DNA from: Candidatus Kerfeldbacteria bacterium
GTDB taxonomy: Bacteria > Patescibacteriota > Patescibacteriia > UBA10025 > JAHIVO01
NCBI GenBank assembly: GCA_016214565.1
Contig: JACROE010000002.1
Coordinates: 212,584 to 276,583 of the forward strand
Reading direction: 5' to 3'
Length of the DNA stretch: 64,000 bases
Made by a program: the position numbers and the translations under genes. Under the pieces are notes generated by a model, which worked only from the letters and a program-made list of their open reading frames with translations, did no database searches and was not told the DNA's origin. Positions 30,901 through 38,030 of this stretch are shown here, piece by piece (positions within the stretch are counted from its first letter, which is position 1; each line of letters begins with the position of its first letter).

Positions 30901-31627
30901 ACACCTGCTGGGCAAAATATCCCGCCCACGCACCGACGCCAGTCGCCTGGCCGTAAACGCCCGCTCGCTTAATCGCAGCTGCTCGATCGAGTGCGGCATT
31001 CGAGCTCCCTACCACAGCCGAGCTGGCTAGGCTGTCCGCCCGGATACCAGTGCCCGAGCTTGTATTCAAACCATACACACCGGGGCCAGCAGTACCGATG
31101 CCGCGTACTGCCGCCTGACCATCCTGCTGAGTCGTGCCCAGCGCACCATAATTCAGAGCGCTGCTCGTGACTAAGGCTGACCCAGTCACACCAGCGGACT
31201 GAGTGCCAATCAATAGACCGCCATCCAATTCAAGTAATGTCGCCGGATCATTAAGGCCAATGCCTACCCGATGTGTATTTCCATCTACATATAATGTATC
31301 GGTGTCTACCTGCAGTGTACCGGCGGGAGCTACTTCAAAATTATTAATAAACACGTCGCGCGTTCCACGCACCTCAAGTGGATACATAAACGAAGGTAGT
31401 TCGCCATAAGGATTGTAATACGGATCAAGCAGCAACCATCCGCGTTTTGCCTGACTATCGCGACTCGTGTTGAGCGGTGCATACACGTTTCCGGCTGGCG
31501 GCTGGGCTGACGGCGGATTCCAAACGGCCTTGACCGAAGCAACCCAGAGCAAATAAATTGCAGCGCTAACTACAATCAAGAGAGCCCCAGCAATGAATGG
31601 ATGTATTGTATTGATTCGACGAGTCAT
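27935..31627 (-). CDS. Large exported protein, paralog B (1230 aa): same N-module and blades, plus Asp-rich Ca-binding-like Cys/Asp stretches
   Basis: PPSAQPP...QAKRGWLLLDP...LQVDTDTLYVD. Blades include FDGTYLWSSNNAGNTISKYRASDG, FDGQSIWVTHG, FDGQYLWISDD, FDGEYIWVTR, FDGTYLWFGAR and FDGTHIWAVQ. DNDGNG motifs. Ends CQDGQFAKGFDITTNSLHCRPL. Confidence 0.85.
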   Translation of the reverse strand: MTRRINTIHPFIAGALLIVVSAAIYLLWVASVKAVWNPPSAQPPAGNVYAPLNTSRDSQAKRGWLLLDPYYNPYGELPSFMYPLEVRGTRDVFINNFEVAPAGTLQVDTDTLYVDGNTHRVGIGLNDPATLLELDGGLLIGTQSAGVTGSALVTSSALNYGALGTTQQDGQAAVRGIGTAGPGVYGLNTSSGTGIRADSLASSAVVGSSNAALDRAAAIKRAGVYGQATGVGAWAGYFAQQVYSSQESYARGFMPNRLQNSQFPYTAGQELRDLASSKIVDPSVMLFDGTWIWQLIGESWDNSPYFLLLDPSNGAISEEFILENSSGTQAHGTSEMILGGGYIWVANNWDDALGISRVDPNDPTHTATHYAVGAHASASDDGPTDLIYDPYTIGGPYIWTINDAGLSRDYSISRFRIADQTYTNFKLAPNTGDQCLSYDPKRCSDRLDNDGDGNIDSGICSNASYTTQATCQANGGTWTPGDTECINQTQAPGTSPTGAYPAGDERLVMASVNAIHGITLQPNTTDPSSPTIWVAFDGLDSMTPTLLYRGEGIAKFSAADPTNTALQKVYCPGPASEPHALAWGDGKVWIGKSSHYSKYQGNEGLASFNPTTETFTNYASVTTNLEKVEYDDTSSGGPYVWAHNYYDFFKINTTGTIVHSYEVPDGMADFDFDRESGPVDYVWGSHGVASSISRNMIDAPYTTITYIPKGSFSQDTLYDGTYLWSSNNAGNTISKYRASDGQKVGDYFSGYYPSYLAFDGQSIWVTHGSAGGSNTELAQIRASDGVLIGDYDYTTSSNEDGNDMIFDGQYLWISDDSTNTLKRIDPISCSGSNCTASSFAVANGPKYLAFDGEYIWVTRKTATSAGRNSYSKIDRTTGAILSTYAISTAYNVDDNLYSILFDGTYLWFGARNRDTDGNSVYKVRISDGSVAARIPTMNIPGRCSGGTRANLFCTATSQCTGGGTCSATANNVSALTFDGTHIWAVQERANYTRECEDGIDNDGNGQCDRGCGALPADTKCASVDDAHETDSSDYYGTTTDIECADRVDNDGNGLCDYDGAPGSPGCSGRPDPECSSASDIDESVRENAAYLNRINAGTSQYLDGTQYGYYCNPNSLTFDGSSIWVNQTTNNCDGYNLHQFFSGTGFSHPDLEGLANLQTTIPGRNQAGSIFSSGQASIGRELIVTNDFQVIANVWGGSSDDVRGFSTSCQDGQFAKGFDITTNSLHCRPL

Positions 31628-31630
31628 ATA

Positions 31631-34600
31631 TTATATTCCACGACAATCAATTCTTACTACCCCGCCGGCGGTATTCACCGTCACATTAGTGATATAGTGA
31701 CCATTCGGGCAGGTCTGGGTGCCTGGTGCCAAAACGCCCAAACCCGATCGATACACTTGCCCATTTGCCGCACCGGCGTAGAGATAGCCATTTGCAGTTT
31801 TGAGCAAGGTGTTGATTTGCGGCGTCCCGGACAAGGTGGTGAGCAGCGACCAGCTCGATCCATTATCAGTCGAGCGGAAAATCTTTCCTCCGGCAGTGCC
31901 GGCATACAGATACCCATTCGTTGTCTGCATTAATGCATTGACCATCGTGGTACCAGTCAGCGCGGTCTTCGTCCAATTAACCCCGTTATTGATTGAACGA
32001 AAAACACCGCCCGTGTCTGTCCCAGCATAGAGATATCCATTCGCTGCTCTTGTCATCGACTTGATTGCCTCAGCCGGTGAGAGCGTAGCTAAAAGCGTCC
32101 AATTCAAGCCGGAATCAACCGATTGTAGAATCTGTCCATTATCCACACCAGCCAGAATCGTCCCATTCGGTAAATCAGTAAATGCATAAATGATTCCGTT
32201 TGTGCTTGAGTACACGTCAGACCAAGACGCCCCGTTATCAGTAGAACGAGATATGCGAAATGCTCCCGTGTGAATATTGGTGCTCCGCGCAACGTAAATG
32301 ATGCCGTTGCTCCCCTGAAAGATAGCGTCAAATTTTGCCTGCCCGGCTGACAGCGCACCCCCCGCTTGCCAGGTCGCCCCATTAGTATCCGAATAATACA
32401 TCGTGGTAATCACGCCCTGCCCAGCAAATAGCCGCGTTCCACTGCGAAGCATGACTTGCACCCGATCACCCGGCGGAGTCGCCGCCGGCTGGGTCCAGGT
32501 CGTCCCCTGATTACTTGATAAATGTATCCAGCGCACACTGCCATTAACGCCAGCGACCAACGTATTAGCGGCTGACTCTACCATTGCATTCACCGAAGTT
32601 GCATTAGCGAGCGCTCCCATAGCCGGCCACGTACTATCGTCAAAATTGGTAAGGACATCGCCCGCGCCAACCTTTTGCCAACTGTTGCCCAGAGCATCCA
32701 CATTGCCATCAATTTGCACATCATTCCCCACCCGAGCATCTCCGGTAATGCTATAGCTCCCCCGTTGCCATGTCGGCACCGTCGTAGACTGCAGCGACAA
32801 TGCTTCAGCAAATGACTGGTCGCCATAGCCCGTCCCGGCAAATAATTTAACAACGCCGGCAGAGCCGGAATTTCCAGTACCCGTGGACCACAAATAGGAA
32901 CCATCAAATTCTAAACTCTGTGGCGCGAAGGCAAGCGGAATATCCAAGCGATTGTTCGGATCCGCGGCCTGCAATCGGCTGAGACTCTGACCCGCATAAT
33001 TTGCGGTCCACACATGCGTCCCATCAAAGGCAATCCCTACTGGTTCATTACCAGTCGCGAAAGTCCCGACGGCCTGTGGCAGCGCGAAGCACCCGCCATT
33101 ACCCGCGCAGTCAGTGTCAGTCGAGCAGGTAATTGTCTGATCCAGCGAGCAACGTTTATTATTGGTGAGGTAATATTGAGTGACGGAATTCGTGCCGCGA
33201 TTGGCTACCCAATAATGAACGTTGTCATACACAATATCAACTGGATTTAACCCAACTAATCCGGTCCAGAGCGCTGCTTGGCGTGTGGCAGGATTCATAT
33301 TTACGACCGCATTCTCTGCCGAAGAAACCGCCCAGAGAAAACTGCCGTTGTAAATAATTTTCCCTAACGAATTTGCGGCATTGGAAACATCGGTGCGGCT
33401 CAATTCAGCGCAGGTGTTGCTCAAATTGATAATCTCACCGGTGCCCTGGGCAGATACCCAATAACTTCGGCCATCAAAAGCGATACTGACCGGCTTGGTG
33501 CCACTGGCAAAAACTTTTGAGCAAACGATTGCGCCAGAATACAAATTCACCTTGTAAACGGTATCGGCATCACGCGCGGTCACCCAAAAATAATTACCAT
33601 CATGAAATCCCTCGGTCATACCAGCACCAAGGGTTGCCTGATATGCCACAAATCCGTCGCTGGCTCGGACTTTCCACAATTCTGAACCACGCGACAGCCA
33701 CACGTACGTATTGTCATGATACAAAATCGAAAAACCAATCTTTGAATAATCAAACGTTTGCGCAACCGACCCAGTACTACTCTCGAGTCCAACCACGGTG
33801 CGACCATACCAGCTCGGCACCCACACGCGATTGACTGATGGATCAAATAGTATATCGCGATACGACCGATTGCTGTTTGCGGGGAAATGCGACAAGGCGC
33901 TGGGATTATTTGCCGGGAACCGATCGACATAACCAGCCGGTGCTCCACTCGTGGTCGCTACCCAAATATTTGTACCATCATAGGTGATCGCCTGCGGTCC
34001 AACGGGCCCCGCATACGTCGCAATCCTCGAGGAGACAGTCCCCGAACCAATATTGATGTAATAAGCGCCATCACTGCCAGTACCACTATCATCGGCCGAG
34101 GCCCACATGTAATGACGGTTACCATCATAAACTAAATCAGTTGGTCCCGGCACGCTGAAACGAGTATAATCTGACGCACTGATGGTCGCATCACCCCCGC
34201 CTGGATTGACTGAGTTTATCCGATATACTGCATCATTATTACTAAAAGCGAGCCATAAGCTATTAGTCGTAGTATCAAAAGTAATGGCGCGAGGTCCCTG
34301 TGAATACGGCGCGGTCATCGATTCAGCATGTTCTATATCATAGCGGGCAATCGGCTGCCAGTTCACGCTATCATCTGTATAATCGGAAATTCGGAATTGC
34401 TCGAGCCGATCGTGATAATCTCGTCCAAAACAATCTCCACCGGCATGCAACGCCCATAAAATATCAGAATCGTTTGGATCCTGAACAATAAAACCATACG
34501 GACATGTGCCATGAGCATCCGCATCAAGCACGCTTCTTGATTCCGCAATCCCCGATGCAATGTTGACGCGAGCGATTTTTCCCGAGTACGTATCAGATGC

Positions 34601-35587
34601 CTGCCAAATATATCCATTCGGCTGATCATACATGAGATCTTGAGCTGGACCGAGTGTGTAGCGAGCAGTTACCTCGCCGGTTCCTTTGTCTACACGCAAC
34701 AAATCGTTATGGCCATTTCCCGCCTGACCGATCCAAAGCCATTTCCCATCAGTGGCCATGCGCGCCGGGTACAATTCAGGAAATAATTGCGCAGCAATTT
34801 GACCTTCGGTATAGGGGATCAGCGATTCAGGCTCTGTAGTTCGAAGAATCTTTGCAGCTGAAACAATCTCATTGGACTCGAGCAACCCAGTAAAGTACCC
34901 AGCCCAGCGGTTGCTCAAGTTCAAACTTGTTCCATAGACACCGATACCCGTCGAGCTAAATCCACCTACCGCACTATACAAAGGGGTAACAGCTGTATGC
35001 GCCCCCTCAAGAGCAGCACTCAAGCTTGCTACTGCCCACATACCATAGCCCGACGTGCTGCTCGACACCCCCTGCACTCCGTACGTCGCTCCATACCCAT
35101 AGAGTGCCTCACTATCAGCACTCACCGCGCGAACACCCGCTTCATCCAAGCCAGTCACGCGCATTCGTCCACTCGGGATTTGCAATATTGCCGAGTCTCC
35201 CGACACGCAGCTATTCACACAGACGCGATTATTGAGAGGGTCAACAAACAATGTTTCAGAAGAATCGTTAACTTTCAAGGTATTGTCGATGATACCCTCA
35301 GTAGTACGAGCGCCACTGCCGAGCACCTCTAACTGATAGGCATATGGTGAAGTTTGATCATCTGTTCCGAAACGTAGTGCACCGCTTTTTACCTGATTTG
35401 ACTCGTCAATTCTCAGTAATTCTGGGGTATTGTCTTCAGGCGGCGGAGCACTAGGGTCAGGTAAGGCATCGGCAAATCCGCCATTAATAAAGAAAATACA
35501 GCCAGCAATTACAAAGGAAATAAAAAATAGGCTAAAATTAGCCAATTTATTATACTGACGCTTAGTTTTCTTATTGAAAATACTCAC
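31631..35587 (-). CDS. Large exported protein, paralog C (1318 aa): same N-module, beta-propeller blades, and C-terminal BNR/Asp-box propeller
   Basis: Signal peptide (...FINGGFA/DA). PDPSAPPP...QVKSGALRFG...SETLFVDP. Blades include TDGKWLWIG, FDGRSYWVS, FDGTHVW and FDGSYLW. Ends CPNGHYITNVTVNTAGGVVRIDCRGI. Confidence 0.85.
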   Translation of the reverse strand: MSIFNKKTKRQYNKLANFSLFFISFVIAGCIFFINGGFADALPDPSAPPPEDNTPELLRIDESNQVKSGALRFGTDDQTSPYAYQLEVLGSGARTTEGIIDNTLKVNDSSETLFVDPLNNRVCVNSCVSGDSAILQIPSGRMRVTGLDEAGVRAVSADSEALYGYGATYGVQGVSSSTSGYGMWAVASLSAALEGAHTAVTPLYSAVGGFSSTGIGVYGTSLNLSNRWAGYFTGLLESNEIVSAAKILRTTEPESLIPYTEGQIAAQLFPELYPARMATDGKWLWIGQAGNGHNDLLRVDKGTGEVTARYTLGPAQDLMYDQPNGYIWQASDTYSGKIARVNIASGIAESRSVLDADAHGTCPYGFIVQDPNDSDILWALHAGGDCFGRDYHDRLEQFRISDYTDDSVNWQPIARYDIEHAESMTAPYSQGPRAITFDTTTNSLWLAFSNNDAVYRINSVNPGGGDATISASDYTRFSVPGPTDLVYDGNRHYMWASADDSGTGSDGAYYINIGSGTVSSRIATYAGPVGPQAITYDGTNIWVATTSGAPAGYVDRFPANNPSALSHFPANSNRSYRDILFDPSVNRVWVPSWYGRTVVGLESSTGSVAQTFDYSKIGFSILYHDNTYVWLSRGSELWKVRASDGFVAYQATLGAGMTEGFHDGNYFWVTARDADTVYKVNLYSGAIVCSKVFASGTKPVSIAFDGRSYWVSAQGTGEIINLSNTCAELSRTDVSNAANSLGKIIYNGSFLWAVSSAENAVVNMNPATRQAALWTGLVGLNPVDIVYDNVHYWVANRGTNSVTQYYLTNNKRCSLDQTITCSTDTDCAGNGGCFALPQAVGTFATGNEPVGIAFDGTHVWTANYAGQSLSRLQAADPNNRLDIPLAFAPQSLEFDGSYLWSTGTGNSGSAGVVKLFAGTGYGDQSFAEALSLQSTTVPTWQRGSYSITGDARVGNDVQIDGNVDALGNSWQKVGAGDVLTNFDDSTWPAMGALANATSVNAMVESAANTLVAGVNGSVRWIHLSSNQGTTWTQPAATPPGDRVQVMLRSGTRLFAGQGVITTMYYSDTNGATWQAGGALSAGQAKFDAIFQGSNGIIYVARSTNIHTGAFRISRSTDNGASWSDVYSSTNGIIYAFTDLPNGTILAGVDNGQILQSVDSGLNWTLLATLSPAEAIKSMTRAANGYLYAGTDTGGVFRSINNGVNWTKTALTGTTMVNALMQTTNGYLYAGTAGGKIFRSTDNGSSWSLLTTLSGTPQINTLLKTANGYLYAGAANGQVYRSGLGVLAPGTQTCPNGHYITNVTVNTAGGVVRIDCRGI
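31748..32527 (-). repeat. BNR/Asp-box repeat array (S-x-D-x-G-x-T/S-W) at the C-terminus of the 1318-aa protein
   Basis: SSNQGTTW, SDTNGATW, STDNGASW, SVDSGLNW, SINNGVNW and STDNGSSW recur at approx. 45-aa spacing, alternating with GY(L/I)YAG motifs. Confidence 0.7.
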
Positions 35588-35661
35588 AAATTTCCTCCCG
35601 TATAGGACTTTTGAAGTTTATTTTCTAGTTTTATTTAAAATGCTGCTCAAAAATCAGCAAA

Positions 35662-35690
35662 TTGACATTTTGACCAGTATTTGCAATAAT
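35662..35690 (+). promoter_or_regulatory. Candidate sigma70-type promoter for the plus-strand LemA/HtpX unit, within a divergent intergenic region
   Basis: TTGACA (35662-35667), 17-nt spacer, AATAAT (35685-35690). AT-rich 150-bp divergent region between the giant-protein operon and the 35737 gene. Confidence 0.35.
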
Positions 35691-35736
35691 CAGAGATATT
35701 GAGTGCAAATTATTTCTATTTAATAGTAACATAATT

Positions 35737-36288
35737 TTGCCATTCAGTCAACTAATGAGGCAAAATAAAAAAATGAAAAACATTACCAATAAAGAAGACC
35801 TCTTTGGCTGGTCCCGTAACGCAGTCTATGGGGCTTTTGTAGCATTTTTGCTCATATTAGGTGTCGCTTCCACCGCATATTTTGTTGGACGCCATAATGT
35901 AAGACAGGCTCAGTCCCCGATCGCAGTTATCGAACTCTCTGATCGGTCACCGCAAGTTATGGGAGCTAAAATTTTTAACCTCAATGGTGTCGTCATCGAA
36001 AACAATTCATCTGACAACGAACTTATTATACAAACGACATACCGCGATAATACCGGAGCGCTTCAACAGAAGCAAATTACGGTCAGCATTGATCCTGATC
36101 TTGAAATTATTCGCTGGGATGTCACTGATACTGCTGGACAAACAGAAAGTGCACAACGCGTTCGTATAACATTGAATGATATTCAAGCGGGAAGCCAGGT
36201 AACCATTCAAACAGAAGACGACATCCAAACTAATACCCAGGTAAATGCTCAGGCCATAACTGAGATGATTACCCCATTTACTAATTAA
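35737..36288 (+). CDS. Hypothetical membrane-anchored protein (183 aa; true start may be the internal Met at 35773)
   Basis: Single N-terminal TM (VYGAFVAFLLILGVASTAYFV) followed by a Thr/Gln-rich soluble domain. GAGG 12 nt upstream of the 35773 ATG. Confidence 0.55.
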   Translation: MPFSQLMRQNKKMKNITNKEDLFGWSRNAVYGAFVAFLLILGVASTAYFVGRHNVRQAQSPIAVIELSDRSPQVMGAKIFNLNGVVIENNSSDNELIIQTTYRDNTGALQQKQITVSIDPDLEIIRWDVTDTAGQTESAQRVRITLNDIQAGSQVTIQTEDDIQTNTQVNAQAITEMITPFTN

Positions 36289-36315
36289 TTTTTTAATAAC
36301 TAACGTATATATCCT

Positions 36316-36873
36316 ATGCCTCTTTTTCTCTGGATCATAGTCGGTATCATCGCCGTAGCCATACTTTGGCTGATTGGCGTGTACAACGGTTTAATTCGAC
36401 TCCGTAACCAAACAGGTGAAGCCTGGTCAGACATCGATGTACAGCTCAAGCGACGTTATGACCTCATTCCGAATTTAGTTGAGACCGTCAAAGGATACGC
36501 CAAGCATGAACGTGAACTTTTTGAAAAAGTGACTCAGGCGCGTTCGCAAGCAATGAGCGCTACCGGCATTGCTCAAAAAGGCCAAGCGGAAAACATGTTA
36601 TCGGAAACTTTGAAGAGTTTATTTGCCGTTTCTGAAAATTATCCTGATCTGAAGGCAAATCAAAACTTTTTGAAATTACAAGATGAATTGTCCGACACGG
36701 AAAATAAGATTCAAGCATCTCGCCGATTTTACAACGGCAATGTACGTGACTTCAACACGAAGCTGCAAGTTTTCCCCAATAACATGGTAGCCAGCACGAT
36801 GGGATTTAAGCCGTATGAATTTTTTGAGGTAGAGGAAGCGGCGGAGCGAGAACCAGTCAAAGTTCAATTTTAA
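36316..36873 (+). CDS. lemA: LemA family protein
   Basis: N-terminal TM plus LIRLRNQTGEAWSDIDVQLKRRYDLIPNLVETVKGYAKHERE...NYPDLKANQNF...ENKIQASRRFYN. This is a textbook LemA signature. 185 aa. Confidence 0.9.
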   Translation: MPLFLWIIVGIIAVAILWLIGVYNGLIRLRNQTGEAWSDIDVQLKRRYDLIPNLVETVKGYAKHERELFEKVTQARSQAMSATGIAQKGQAENMLSETLKSLFAVSENYPDLKANQNFLKLQDELSDTENKIQASRRFYNGNVRDFNTKLQVFPNNMVASTMGFKPYEFFEVEEAAEREPVKVQF

Positions 36874-36928
36874 GCAGTCAACTCAGTAATAATCGCGCGG
36901 CTTACCAGTAAGACGCGCGATTTCAACT

Positions 36929-37822
36929 ATGCCTACTATCTACACTCATATTGCAGCCAATAAACGTCGATCGTGGATATTGATGGGACTGTGCATCATG
37001 ATTTTATTTGGCATTGGCTACCTGATCGACCAGGTGTACGGAAATGGTTCATGGGGCTGGTCGTTTGTAGCCGTCATCTACGCGACCATCAGCGCTTTGA
37101 TCGGCTATTACCGAGGTGATAAAATTGCCCTCTGGACTTCGGGGGCCATCCCAATCACTAAAGAACAAAACCCCTACGTCATTCGCATGATTGAAAATCT
37201 CGCGATTACCGCGGGCTTGCCAATGCCTAAAGTTTTTATCATTCCTGATGATGATATTAATGCCTTTGCCACTGGACGAGACCCACGGCACGCCTCAATC
37301 GCAGTCACCAAGGGAGCGATTGAAAAATTAGAAAATGAAGAGCTGGAAGGTGTGCTGGCACATGAGCTTTCCCATATCGGAAACTACGACATTCGCTATA
37401 TGACACTGGTTATTGTTGTGGTTGGAACTATCATTGTACTCTCTGACATGTTCTGGCGAACCCGTTTTATAGGCCGCTCAAATAACCGCAACAACGGCGG
37501 CGGCCTTATCCTATTGATCGGTCTCGTCATGCTGATACTCGCGCCGCTGTTTGCCGAGCTGATAAAACTTGCCGTCTCGCGCAAACGTGAATACCTAGCT
37601 GACGCATCAGGCGCGCTACTGACTCGCTACCCCGAGGGCTTAGCCCGCGCTCTTGAAAAAATTAATGCACAGGGTGCACGAATTGAACGCGCCACTAAGT
37701 CGACTGCTCATCTCTATATTGCTAACCCCTTGGGTGGCGGCTTCTCAAAATTATTCTCCACGCATCCGCCCATTGAGGATCGCGTTCAGCGCCTCCGTCA
37801 AATGGGATCCATAACCCAATAA
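36929..37822 (+). CDS. htpX: HtpX-type M48 zinc metalloprotease
   Basis: HExxH motif (HELSHIGNYD). Four TM segments. Downstream Glu (REYLADASG). Canonical LemA-HtpX gene pair. Confidence 0.85.
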   Translation: MPTIYTHIAANKRRSWILMGLCIMILFGIGYLIDQVYGNGSWGWSFVAVIYATISALIGYYRGDKIALWTSGAIPITKEQNPYVIRMIENLAITAGLPMPKVFIIPDDDINAFATGRDPRHASIAVTKGAIEKLENEELEGVLAHELSHIGNYDIRYMTLVIVVVGTIIVLSDMFWRTRFIGRSNNRNNGGGLILLIGLVMLILAPLFAELIKLAVSRKREYLADASGALLTRYPEGLARALEKINAQGARIERATKSTAHLYIANPLGGGFSKLFSTHPPIEDRVQRLRQMGSITQ

Positions 37823-37826
37823 TCCT

Positions 37827-37961
37827 ATGCCACGAAAAGAAATAGACACTACGGTCGCTACAAAAACTAGTCTGGCAACAAAAATATCACTGGGCATCCT
37901 CATTACCAGCGGGGTTGTCGCGATTATCGCAATTGTGACCGGTCTCGTGATGAGTAATTAG
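37827..37961 (+). CDS. Possible small (44 aa) single-TM membrane peptide
   Basis: ATG 4 nt after the htpX stop. Hydrophobic C-terminus ISLGILITSGVVAIIAIVTGLVM. No convincing SD. Confidence 0.25.
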   Translation: MPRKEIDTTVATKTSLATKISLGILITSGVVAIIAIVTGLVMSN

Positions 37962-37990
37962 TTCACAGACGCACACAATCAGCAAATCAC

Positions 37991-38022
37991 TTGCGTATAT
38001 ACTAGTGGATCCGTATACTAGA
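37991..38022 (+). promoter_or_regulatory. Candidate clpC promoter overlapping a direct-repeat/palindrome cluster. The transcript is predicted to be near-leaderless.
   Basis: TTGCGT (37991-96), 17-nt spacer, TATACT (38014-19). Direct repeat TATACTAG at 37998-38005 and 38014-38021. Palindromic hexamers GTATAC, ACTAGT and GGATCC. ClpC ATG at 38031. Confidence 0.3.
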
Positions 38023-38030
38023 CAAGCGCT

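Noticed and set aside
38001-38012. ACTAGTGGATCC, identical to a common cloning-vector polylinker stretch (SpeI-BamHI). Considered vector contamination or a chimeric join.
   Set aside because: Only 12 nt match. The flanking sequence is a plausible native promoter with a direct repeat. Genes on both sides are contiguous and syntenically sensible (htpX ... clpC). A chance palindrome cluster is more likely, but it is flagged in the clpC finding.
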